Source of the DNA: Petrimonas sp.
GTDB taxonomy: Bacteria > Bacteroidota > Bacteroidia > Bacteroidales > Dysgonomonadaceae
Assembly: GCA_012839475.1 (NCBI GenBank)
Contig: DUNG01000029.1
Span: 26,497 to 90,496 of the forward strand
Length of the DNA: 64,000 nt
Direction: 5' to 3'
Shown here piece after piece: positions 39,269-47,453 of the stretch. The translations under genes were made by a program, and so were the position numbers. The notes beneath the pieces are model-generated. The model worked only from the letters and a program-made list of their open reading frames with translations. It searched no databases and was not told where the DNA came from. Position 1 is the first letter of the stretch. Every line of letters starts with the position of its first letter.

Positions 39269-40774
39269 TTACTCTACCCGTTTACCCCACAACGAGCGGC
39301 CATTGCGATCCAACCCGGAAAGCAGAACGGTTTGAACCTGGTTTTCCCAGTCGTGCCCTGTAAAGACGATCACATCCTCCATGGTTTCATCACCAATAGA
39401 CAAGGTAAGTGACTGTTTCGCTTCATCGAAGTGCCAAAAACCATCGTCACCGGCAGTTCCATCTTCAAGTAGTTCCACCATGAACGAGCGGTTCCACTCT
39501 GCCTCGTTTAAACTTCCCTCGCCCCACAATACCTGTCCCGCTTCAAGGCGACGTTCATGCACGGACTCCGCGATCCGGATTAACTCCCATTTTCCGGGAA
39601 TCAGCTCCTTTCCCACCTGATATCTCTCCTCACCGGCAAAGCGTTGCGGCGAGGCGACGGGCCACCCGTCGGGTGTGAAAAACAGCTCTCTCACGTGCAG
39701 CACCATCAGGTGGTTACCCGGCGATAAACGGCCCTGGTGCACCATAAAGTACCTGCCATCGTCCCTGGCCAGCACCCCACAATGTCCTGTACCAGCCCAC
39801 CCGGGATGGTTTGCGAACTTGTAAGGAGCCACTATTACGGGAAAATTGTTGGTGGTATCGCTTAGGTTCTTGCCGAAAAAATCGCGAAAAGGTCCCTCCG
39901 GCTTATCGGATCGCCCAACGCGCACGTTGTAGGTGGTCATCAGCGGATCATACGAAACAAACAGGTAATACTCTTTCCGTTCGGGGTTATAGATGATTTC
40001 GGGCGCTTCCAGGTTATCCTTCCGGTAATTGGCCCGCCTCGCTATTAAATGACCCAGGTCGCCTTTTTCCTTTGTCAAACCGGTTGCGGGGTCAAGCTCC
40101 ACGCAATACAAGCCGCCAAAATAGGAGCCGTAATGCATCCATAGCTTCCCGTTGTCCACATCCTCGATAACACTGGGGTCTATAGCGTTCATCGGGGTAT
40201 CGTTACTAGATTTCACCACCGCCCCCTTTTGTACCCAGGGACCCTCTGGCGAATCGGATTCCGCCAACCCTATCCAAGATGTTTTTTTCCCGAAAGCCGA
40301 TACGCTGAAGTAAAGCCGGTACACGTCGCCCTGCTTCATCACGTAGGGCGCCCAAATGTTGGTGGCCCCTCTTCCCTCGTTACGGGAGCGAACCCACTCG
40401 ACGGCCTCCTCCGGTATCTCGGGGAAGGCCCACCCCACGAACTCCCAGTTAACAAGATCTAGCGACTTTCTTACCTGAATGTACCTAAGGGGCACATTTT
40501 TAGCTTTGGCCTCCTCCCTGTTTTCCGCGAAAATAGCGTCAGTGGAATAGAGGTAGTAATAGTCACCAAATTTTTTAATCGCGGGATCATGCACGTTATA
40601 GGTTCCCCATTCCTTGTAATGCTCCATGGATGAGAGGTGAGTGTAATCGTCGACCCATGGGTTGGTCACCTCCTCAAAAATCGGGTACGGCTGCTTTTGC
40701 TTGCAGGAACACGCTACCAAGGAGAGGACAATGGAAACGAAGAGGCACAGGGGAGAACAAGTGTAATTTTTCAT
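39269..40774 (-). CDS. GH43 endo-alpha-1,5-L-arabinanase-like lipoprotein with C-terminal domain
   Basis: Lipobox LVAC. YNVHDPAIKKFGDYYYLYSTD, NIWAPYVM, NAIDPSV, GSYFGGLY, LEAPEIIY. Confidence 0.8.
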   Translation of the reverse strand: MKNYTCSPLCLFVSIVLSLVACSCKQKQPYPIFEEVTNPWVDDYTHLSSMEHYKEWGTYNVHDPAIKKFGDYYYLYSTDAIFAENREEAKAKNVPLRYIQVRKSLDLVNWEFVGWAFPEIPEEAVEWVRSRNEGRGATNIWAPYVMKQGDVYRLYFSVSAFGKKTSWIGLAESDSPEGPWVQKGAVVKSSNDTPMNAIDPSVIEDVDNGKLWMHYGSYFGGLYCVELDPATGLTKEKGDLGHLIARRANYRKDNLEAPEIIYNPERKEYYLFVSYDPLMTTYNVRVGRSDKPEGPFRDFFGKNLSDTTNNFPVIVAPYKFANHPGWAGTGHCGVLARDDGRYFMVHQGRLSPGNHLMVLHVRELFFTPDGWPVASPQRFAGEERYQVGKELIPGKWELIRIAESVHERRLEAGQVLWGEGSLNEAEWNRSFMVELLEDGTAGDDGFWHFDEAKQSLTLSIGDETMEDVIVFTGHDWENQVQTVLLSGLDRNGRSLWGKRVE

Positions 40775-40811
40775 ACAATTTTTAACTTTTTTACATTTCA
40801 GTGTATGGAAC
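40775..40811 (-). promoter_or_regulatory. Conserved pre-start module (instance 3, upstream of GH43 39269-40774)
   Basis: The minus strand reads GTTCCATACACTGAAATGTAAAAAAGTTAAAAATTGT followed by ATG. The motif starts 37 nt before the ATG. Confidence 0.5.
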
Positions 40812-40964
40812 TATTTCGTCAAGCCAAACGAGCAGAAGACAAGTTCACTTGGATTATGCCGTGGCGAGAAATAGTCTATTTTAATGAACTATTTCGTCAA
40901 GCCAAACGAGCAGAAGACAAGTTCACTTGGATTATGCCGTGGCGAGAAATAGTCTAACTTTAGT
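40808..40964 (+). repeat. Tandem direct repeat, 78 + 79 bp, repeat family R (second locus)
   Basis: The 71-nt core GAACTATTTCGTCAAGCCAAACGAGCAGAAGACAAGTTCACTTGGATTATGCCGTGGCGAGAAATAGTCT is repeated identically starting at 40808 and 40886. It has 6 mismatches in 71 nt against the 2081 locus. Both arrays end in TAACTTTAGTGAA. Confidence 0.97.
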
Positions 40965-40988
40965 GAACCTTTAATGATTACCTACTGA

Positions 40989-40996
40989 CAAACATA
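40989..40996 (-). promoter_or_regulatory. -7 promoter box TATGTTTG (TAnnTTTG) for a leftward transcript towards GH43
   Basis: Exact match to the Bacteroidota sigma-A -7 consensus TAnnTTTG on the minus strand. There is no TTTG -33 element; site A occupies that position. Confidence 0.5.
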
Positions 40997-41016
40997 ACAC
41001 TATTTTTTAAAAAAAA

Positions 41017-41048
41017 GGTGGAAAAACGAACACGGAAGGTGGACAAAA
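41017..41048 (-). promoter_or_regulatory. Candidate HTCS (AraC-type) operator, site A: two GGTGGA/TCCACC hexamers 21 bp apart
   Basis: The plus strand reads GGTGGAAAAACGAACACGGAAGGTGGACAAAA. On the minus strand the proximal TCCACC is followed by exactly 20 nt and then TATGTTTG (40996-40989). Confidence 0.45.
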
Positions 41049-41102
41049 ATGCCCCTCCAAAAAACCGTCCATTTTTTAGCCTGTTTAATGCAATAATTGG
41101 GT

Positions 41103-41110
41103 TACTTTTG
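41103..41110 (+). promoter_or_regulatory. -7 box TACTTTTG, candidate promoter of HTCS no. 2
   Basis: TAnnTTTG match, 20 nt upstream of the ATG at 41130. Confidence 0.45.
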
Positions 41111-41129
41111 TCATATCGAGTGAATAATT

Positions 41130-44100
41130 ATGAGACGCGCTGTTTTTTATTTAATGACCATCCTTCTACTCCATTCCATCGGCTCAAGGGCTCAAAAAGT
41201 ATCCCGTGACAGCTATGGCATACGCCTTATAACGATGGATGATGGATTGATGCACAACTACATAGACGACATCTACAAGGACGACACCGGCTTTCTTTGG
41301 TTTTCAACAGGGGGTGGACTATCCCGCTACGACGGCCACACCTTGCTCCATTACACCATGAACACGACACCAGTGGCGTTGAAAGGGAACTTCATCCACA
41401 AGGTTTGTGAAGATGATTTCAATCGATTGTGGATCGCCTCGGAAGGTGGATTGGATATCCTGCATTTGATCGACAACCGGAAGACAGACTTGTTTACTGA
41501 CATCGACTCGCTTCAATGGCCTTTCCTGTACAACCCGGTCATCAATATCGCGAAAGATGTGAAAGGCGATATCTGGCTGTATTCCAGCCATATTTACAAG
41601 ATTTGTCTCAACGGTGACGGTTCGATTCGGGGCATATTTAAAACCGATGAAAACCTTCAATCTGAGCTCTTCGTGGCGCTGACAGACGTTGATAACGACG
41701 GGAACGTTTGGGCGGGCTTCCAAAATGAAATCTACAAGCTGCTCCCATCGGGTGAGAACCGACTTGAAGCCTTTCCTGTCTCAGATAAACTGAGGTTCGA
41801 AACGAAAACGATGGTCATGAAATTCCTACTGAAAGAGAACGAAGTTTGGATGGGAACAGACCGCGGGCTGTATCGGTATTACAGGAATGAAGACGCACTC
41901 AAGGTGTATAGGAGTCAAGAGGATAACCCACGCTCCTTGTCTCACGATTACGTGTCTGAACTGGTTGTAACCGATAGCAAGCAATTGATTGCCGGCACGC
42001 TAAAAGGGATCAACATCTACAACCCTTCCAGCGATGACTTTGACCCGATAACCCAAGAGAACTCATCAGAAGGACTTGGATTAAACAGCAACTTTATTAA
42101 TTCCATGTTGTTTGATGATGGGATCCTTTGGGTGGGAACCGAGACGGGCGGCATCAATAAGCTTGCCCCTAAAAACGCCTTCATCAAGAACTACGTCTAC
42201 AACGAAAGTGAGCCGAACAGCATCTCCAGGAACCCGGTAAACGTCATTTTTGAAGACGAGGCGGAGAACCTCTGGATTGGAACGGTAGAGGGTGGGTTAA
42301 ACCGAAAAGGAAAAGGAGCAGACACCTTTGTCCACTTCACAACCTCATCACCGGCAAGGCTGAGCCACAACTCGGTAAGCGCCTTGAGCATGGACGCCAA
42401 TCAGCGCTTGTGGGTCGGCACATGGGGGTTTGGCGTTACCCTGCTCGACATGACCCATCCCGAAAAGTTGCCTGTAGCATACATTCATTCAACACAATAC
42501 CCCCAGCTGCCTATCAATTTCATAGGGGCGCTCACGTACGATAAGCGCAACAACGGCATGTGGATCGGGACCAACCAAGGACTCTTCTTTTACGACATAG
42601 CCAGAGACAGCCTTCAAGTACCTTTCAGCGATCAGCAATCAAATCATATCAACGGCATTATCGGATCGACCATCGACAGCGATAACCGGCTATGGTTGGG
42701 GTGTGCGGAAGGGGTATACGTCATTGACTTGCATCGACAACAGCAGCCGTTTTTTTCCTACGTACACCTGAAGTACAAGCTCGACAACCCCCAATCGAAG
42801 CTGGTAGATAGGATTACCAGCATACTCGAAGATACCGATGGCACGTTATGGCTAGGGAGTGACGGTTTTGGCATATACAAGCGGGTGACACGGGAAGATG
42901 GATCGCAAGTTTTCGAGGCGTACACCACCTCTAACGGGCTGGCTAACAACAATGTCAAGGGATTGCTGGAGGACGACCTGGGCAACCTTTGGATAAGCAC
43001 CCTTAACGGTCTCTCTTGTTATGACAAAACAAACAACCGCTTCACCAATTACTACAAGGAAGATGGGCTTGTATCTAACCAATTTTACTGGAACGCCTAC
43101 TGCAAAGCGAAGAGCGGTTTGCTCTACTTTGGGACCCTGGATGGTTTAGTGGAGGTCAATCCGGAAATAATCAAGCGACACGATACGCGCTACCGGGTCA
43201 CGTTAACCGATTTCCACGTGAACAATGAAAAAGCATACCCTGGCAAGGTACTTAAAAAAGATATCTCGGTAACCGAAGAGATCCTACTGCATGAAAAAAC
43301 GAGGTCGTTCTCGATCGATTTCTCCGCGCTCAATTACCGTACCACAAGCAACTATGTATACGCGTACCGCCTTATTGGCTACGACGACAACTGGATAGAG
43401 CTTGATAAAAACGGGCATTCGGCTACCTACATGAACCTTCCTGCCGGCAATTACCAGTTCCAAGTTAAATATGTACCCAAAAGTCAAGTAGACGCGGGCG
43501 AGGTCACCCAAATCACAATCAAGGTAAAACCCCATTTCTACAAAACCGGGTGGTTCCTATCCCTGGTTATCATCCTGCTAATCCTAGCCATGACCCTGCT
43601 GTACCACTGGCGCATCAGGGCATACGAACACCAACAGAAAGCCCTGGAAAAAGTAGTGGAGGAGCGTACAAAGGAGATTAACAAGCAGAAAAACACGCTT
43701 ACGGTTCAAAAAAACGAACTTTCACAACGAAACCGTCAATTAAAAACGCGGAACGAGAAGATAACCCAACAGAAGGAGCAGCTGATTAAAATGTCCCGAA
43801 AAATGCGGAAAATGACCGCTGAACGCCTCGACTTTTTCACCAACGTTTCGCATGAACTTCGTACCCCGATCACCTTAATTATTGGTCCTATAGAAAGGGC
43901 GCTTAAAATAAGCACCAACCCGTACGTTATTGAACAGCTGAGTTTCGCCGAAAGGAACTCCAAGTACCTGCTTACGCTAATTAACCAACTGATGGATTTT
44001 CGCAAGATTGAATCCAACAGGCTTGAGATAGCCTACACAAGGGGTAACTTCGTGGATTTCATGGAGTCCATCATCTCCTCGTTCGATTTTCAAACCAACG

Positions 44101-45377
44101 ACAGGGAAATCCGATTGCTCAAGAGGTACCACCTGGTAAACCCCGTTTTCCATTACGATGAAGAAGGCTTACGCAAGGTAATGATCAACCTGATTTCCAA
44201 CGCGATCAAATACACGCCAAACGGAGGAGAAATTATCGTCTATGTGAAGTCGTTCAAAGATGCCACGACCAATGAGAACAAGCTCTACCTCTCCGTTAAA
44301 GACAACGGCGTGGGTATTCCCGAAGAGGAGAAAGAAAAAGTTTTCAGGCGTTTTTACCAGTCCAAAAACCACCCGAGGTATCCCGTAAATGGACAAAGCG
44401 GTACCGGCATCGGGCTCTATTTAACCAAGCAGATCGTGGAAACCCTTGGGGGAACAATTGGAGTTAAAAACAACCGCAAGGCGGGCGTCTCTTTCCGCGT
44501 CATCCTACCCCTCCACGAGGAGAACCCACACTCCCTCACCCCGAAAACGGCTACAGGACATGAGCCGGTCAAGAACGTGCTCAAAGAGCAAAACCTAAAG
44601 GAGTGGCAAAAAGAGAGGCTTACCTTCCTTGTGGTGGAAGACAACCGGGACATGTGCCGCTACATCTGCTCGGTGCTATCGCCCTATTACAACACGCTGG
44701 AGGCTAACAACGGGGTGGAAGCGCTTGAGATCCTGGAACACTACCACGTGGATTTCATCATCAGCGATTTAATGATGCCCGAAATGGATGGGTTACAACT
44801 GTCGAAAAAGGTGAAAGAAAACTTCACCCTATCGCACATTCCCTTTCTAATGCTCACCGCTAAAACATCGGAAAAGACACGTACCGACAGCTACCGGTTG
44901 GGAGTGGACTCATATATCGTGAAACCCTTCGATGAGAAGATGTTAGTCGCCCGCGTTCGGAACATGCTGGAAACACGAGAGAGGTACCAGCGGCGGTTTG
45001 TTAACGACATGTCGGTCGACACGTTGGAGATAAGCGAAGAGTCGAACGATAAAAAATTCATGGAACGGGTAATGAGGGTGATAGAAGCCAACTTTCAAAA
45101 CTCCTACTTCGAGGTGAGCGACTTCGCGGATAGCGTGGGAGTGAGTAAATCCTTATTGAACAAGAAGCTAAAAGCGCTAAGCGGTAAATCCACGGGCGAG
45201 TTCATCAGGATATACAGGCTGAACCTCGCGTACAAGATCATCCTGAAAAACAGGAACACGAAAAACAAAAACGTGGCCGACATCGCGTACGAGGTCGGAT
45301 TCAACGATCCGAAATACTTCACCCGATGCTTCAGCAAGCAGTTCAACATCACGCCAAGCAAGCTGTTAACCGGCTAA
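41130..45377 (+). CDS. Hybrid two-component system sensor kinase/response regulator with AraC-type HTH (HTCS no. 2)
   Basis: Signal peptide, ~780 aa propeller-type sensor, TM helix (WFLSLVIILLILAMTLL), coiled coil. HisKA (FFTNVSHELRTP), HATPase (GTGIGLYL), receiver (DFIISDLMMPEMDG), AraC HTH (YFTRCFSKQFNITPS). Confidence 0.92.
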   Translation: MRRAVFYLMTILLLHSIGSRAQKVSRDSYGIRLITMDDGLMHNYIDDIYKDDTGFLWFSTGGGLSRYDGHTLLHYTMNTTPVALKGNFIHKVCEDDFNRLWIASEGGLDILHLIDNRKTDLFTDIDSLQWPFLYNPVINIAKDVKGDIWLYSSHIYKICLNGDGSIRGIFKTDENLQSELFVALTDVDNDGNVWAGFQNEIYKLLPSGENRLEAFPVSDKLRFETKTMVMKFLLKENEVWMGTDRGLYRYYRNEDALKVYRSQEDNPRSLSHDYVSELVVTDSKQLIAGTLKGINIYNPSSDDFDPITQENSSEGLGLNSNFINSMLFDDGILWVGTETGGINKLAPKNAFIKNYVYNESEPNSISRNPVNVIFEDEAENLWIGTVEGGLNRKGKGADTFVHFTTSSPARLSHNSVSALSMDANQRLWVGTWGFGVTLLDMTHPEKLPVAYIHSTQYPQLPINFIGALTYDKRNNGMWIGTNQGLFFYDIARDSLQVPFSDQQSNHINGIIGSTIDSDNRLWLGCAEGVYVIDLHRQQQPFFSYVHLKYKLDNPQSKLVDRITSILEDTDGTLWLGSDGFGIYKRVTREDGSQVFEAYTTSNGLANNNVKGLLEDDLGNLWISTLNGLSCYDKTNNRFTNYYKEDGLVSNQFYWNAYCKAKSGLLYFGTLDGLVEVNPEIIKRHDTRYRVTLTDFHVNNEKAYPGKVLKKDISVTEEILLHEKTRSFSIDFSALNYRTTSNYVYAYRLIGYDDNWIELDKNGHSATYMNLPAGNYQFQVKYVPKSQVDAGEVTQITIKVKPHFYKTGWFLSLVIILLILAMTLLYHWRIRAYEHQQKALEKVVEERTKEINKQKNTLTVQKNELSQRNRQLKTRNEKITQQKEQLIKMSRKMRKMTAERLDFFTNVSHELRTPITLIIGPIERALKISTNPYVIEQLSFAERNSKYLLTLINQLMDFRKIESNRLEIAYTRGNFVDFMESIISSFDFQTNDREIRLLKRYHLVNPVFHYDEEGLRKVMINLISNAIKYTPNGGEIIVYVKSFKDATTNENKLYLSVKDNGVGIPEEEKEKVFRRFYQSKNHPRYPVNGQSGTGIGLYLTKQIVETLGGTIGVKNNRKAGVSFRVILPLHEENPHSLTPKTATGHEPVKNVLKEQNLKEWQKERLTFLVVEDNRDMCRYICSVLSPYYNTLEANNGVEALEILEHYHVDFIISDLMMPEMDGLQLSKKVKENFTLSHIPFLMLTAKTSEKTRTDSYRLGVDSYIVKPFDEKMLVARVRNMLETRERYQRRFVNDMSVDTLEISEESNDKKFMERVMRVIEANFQNSYFEVSDFADSVGVSKSLLNKKLKALSGKSTGEFIRIYRLNLAYKIILKNRNTKNKNVADIAYEVGFNDPKYFTRCFSKQFNITPSKLLTG

Positions 45378-45448
45378 AAGGAAGCAAATTGGCGCGCCAA
45401 ACCGTGTACCTGTGAAACAGGTAATAAAATGGTTAAAAAACGAGGGGT

Positions 45449-45484
45449 GCTCGTTTCTCCACCATGTTTCACCTTTTGTCCACC
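45449..45484 (+). promoter_or_regulatory. Candidate HTCS operator, site B: mirror copy of site A
   Basis: The plus strand reads GCTCGTTTCTCCACCATGTTTCACCTTTTGTCCACC, with TCCACC at 45458 and 45479 (21-bp phase). The half-sites match site A: GGTGGA[A/G]AAACGA[A/G]CAC and GGTGGACAAAA. Confidence 0.45.
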
Positions 45485-45504
45485 CATGTTAACGTAACTA
45501 TTCA

Positions 45505-45512
45505 AATCTTTG
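45505..45512 (+). promoter_or_regulatory. -7-like box AATCTTTG, 20 nt downstream of site B
   Basis: 7 of 8 positions match the shape of TAnnTTTG (first T replaced by A). The 20-nt spacing from the proximal TCCACC is the same as at site A. Confidence 0.35.
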
Positions 45513-45637
45513 TAGTTATTAAAGCGTGCGGTTTATCATGACCCCGTTTCGTTAGCTTACCTGGAAACGGTTGCCTTTCGGTAAATCATCGCGCTAAACC
45601 GTGTATAGGGAATAATAAATAGGTATCGTATTATGTA

Positions 45638-47368
45638 ATGAAAAATAAAAACAGTATGAGAATGACAAAAATAACGTGGCGCACATGGCTCGTAACCATC
45701 TGGGCAATAGTGACCCTGGCTGGGTGCGAGGGACTGGAAACGTACAGCATCGATGCGCCGATGGACCTGCAAAGCAGGATCGATGCCATTGCGGCCGAAA
45801 AGGCCAAGATATCAACGGGCGACACCGTCTACATTGATATCGTCTCGGCGATAATTGGCGCTGAAGATAACAGTTCCGGCTGGTGGGGGGCCTTCTCAGA
45901 TTACTTCGTTATCCCCGCGAACAAGCTCCTGGTCTTGGAGTTCGTGAACCACTCCTCGGGCGTGAACAACTGGAACAACTGGAATCTCGTGGTCACGAAC
46001 GAAGTGGCAGACCGTGATGATACCGACTACAAGGAGTACTTCGTGCTGCGTTCAGACGCTTACGGGTGGGGAGGCGGTATGGTGAACCAAGGGTATCCCT
46101 ATGATGCCGCCCTAATAGCCCATAACTACCCCGACCTGAATGGGGACGGCGATATATGGGACGACTTCAAGACAACCATGCAGGGGGCCCGCGTCACCCT
46201 CAAGGTGGACCACTCGGCCACCGGGAACGTGTTTGTAACGGCCACGGCCATCGGCACGAACGGTGTGGAACTGATACTAACGTACCAACAACCCGTATCG
46301 GCCACGGCCAATATCGTGGCCTTCTTGGTGACGGATGCGAGTTATTTCGAAATGAAAAAGGCCTACCTGATCCCTTCCAAGGTCACGGTCGTGGAGGATG
46401 TTGAACCCGTTTCTATTGTCGTGGAAGGGGCACCCGAGTTCGTTGAGTTTGGCAACGAGGACTTCTGGGGAGATGCGACGGCAACCGTTACGTATGCCGA
46501 CGGCTCTTCAGAAACGGTTGGGTTTGATGAACTCTCCTTCACGGTCATCCCCGACATGTCTACCCTCGGTAAAAAAACCGTGATAGTAGCCTACGGCAAG
46601 AGCAAGCAAGGTGCTTACGGGCCGCCCGTTTCCACTTTCTACACGCTGGAGGTCACCAACCCCGTGGTCAGCCTGGAGGTCACCACTCTACCAAACATCA
46701 CCGAGTATTATTTCTTCAGCGGCGACTCCATCATTTTCAACACGAGGGGTCTCGTGGTAACCGGAACCTACTCCGATGGAACGACTGGCGTGGTGCCTAA
46801 CGCCACCCTCCAGTTCAGCAAGATCCCGGCACTGGAGGGAGTGCAAAGCGCGAAGATTTCGTACGTGGGAAGCACGAGCACGGTTAGCGTTACCTGCCCA
46901 GTTACCCTTGTAAAGGGGAGCGCTCAAGTGGGTAAAAATGACTTCTCCACCGGCTGGTGGTCTGAATTCTCTGACGAGTACGCCGTAGCGACGGGGACCA
47001 GCCAAACGCTTACCATGTATTGCTACTCCAACAACCTAAACAATTACCACAGCCCTTGCGTTATCCTTCGCAAGGCCGATTTGACGGAGTACGCCGTGGT
47101 GCGCATGGACAACTTCGGGTGGGGCACCGGATACTCCACGGCCACCCTATCGTCTGACTGGAATTTTGACACGTTCGCTTCAAATATAAACGGCTCCAAG
47201 GTAGTTATCACCGTCACTAACCATGGTAACGATACTGCCGACGTGGTATATACCGTTACGCACGTTAACGGTGAGACGCATTTCCAAAAGTACGAAGGCA
47301 TTACGGTGGATAGCGACGACCTGAACTTCGCACTAGTCATCGAGGGAGCTTACGTAGTAATCATTTAA
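45638..47368 (+). CDS. Surface lipoprotein of unknown family, built as repeated domain A, two Ig-like repeats, then a second copy of domain A
   Basis: Lipobox VTLAGC (Cys30). Two copies of one domain (aa ~79-235 and ~437-576) share SxGWWxxFSD, NN[WY], EYxVxRxDxxGWGxG and a V-T-V-x-H/N-x-G strand. The central TVTYADGSSETV / GTYSDGTTGVV segments are Ig-like repeats. Confidence 0.75.
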   Translation: MKNKNSMRMTKITWRTWLVTIWAIVTLAGCEGLETYSIDAPMDLQSRIDAIAAEKAKISTGDTVYIDIVSAIIGAEDNSSGWWGAFSDYFVIPANKLLVLEFVNHSSGVNNWNNWNLVVTNEVADRDDTDYKEYFVLRSDAYGWGGGMVNQGYPYDAALIAHNYPDLNGDGDIWDDFKTTMQGARVTLKVDHSATGNVFVTATAIGTNGVELILTYQQPVSATANIVAFLVTDASYFEMKKAYLIPSKVTVVEDVEPVSIVVEGAPEFVEFGNEDFWGDATATVTYADGSSETVGFDELSFTVIPDMSTLGKKTVIVAYGKSKQGAYGPPVSTFYTLEVTNPVVSLEVTTLPNITEYYFFSGDSIIFNTRGLVVTGTYSDGTTGVVPNATLQFSKIPALEGVQSAKISYVGSTSTVSVTCPVTLVKGSAQVGKNDFSTGWWSEFSDEYAVATGTSQTLTMYCYSNNLNNYHSPCVILRKADLTEYAVVRMDNFGWGTGYSTATLSSDWNFDTFASNINGSKVVITVTNHGNDTADVVYTVTHVNGETHFQKYEGITVDSDDLNFALVIEGAYVVII

Positions 47369-47378
47369 CGAAACAAAG

Positions 47379-47453
47379 ATGAAATATCGTATGAAACGAG
47401 CATGTAAATCATTTACACCCATGACAATGATTGAAGCGAGTTCCATACACTGA
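47379..47453 (+). other. 24-codon upstream ORF between the lipoprotein gene and SusC (coding status unproven)
   Basis: ATGAAATATCGTATGAAACGA... encodes MKYRMKRACKSFTPMTMIEASSIH. Its stop TGA lies inside the conserved leader motif (CCATACAC-TGA-AATG), and its first 9 nt equal the first 9 nt of the SusC gene (ATGAAATAT). Confidence 0.25.

Noticed and set aside
40791-40800. Reverse complement of the leader motif (TTACATTTCA, containing TACATTTC) as an outward-facing -7 promoter box that might drive antisense or small RNAs
   Set aside because: It mismatches the invariant final G of TAnnTTTG. At three of the four loci it would merely fire antisense into the 3' end of the upstream gene. The fixed distance to the downstream ATG argues that the functional orientation is the sense one.
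40637-41209. Track ORFs 40637-40957 (106 aa) and 41018-41209 (63 aa) in the GH43/HTCS divergent region
   Set aside because: The first reads through the tandem repeats, so its peptide is simply repeated (ELFRQAKRAEDKFTWIMPWREIV x2), and it starts inside the GH43 gene on the opposite strand. The second starts at a GTG that is part of the GGTGGA repeat. Neither has coding-like composition or a plausible start context.
41017-45484. Sites A and B as terminal inverted repeats of a mobile or invertible cassette carrying the HTCS gene
   Set aside because: No recombinase, integrase or transposase is present and I see no target-site duplication. The similarity is limited to ~35 bp. The identical 20-nt spacing to -7-type boxes on both sides is better explained by divergent regulated promoters.
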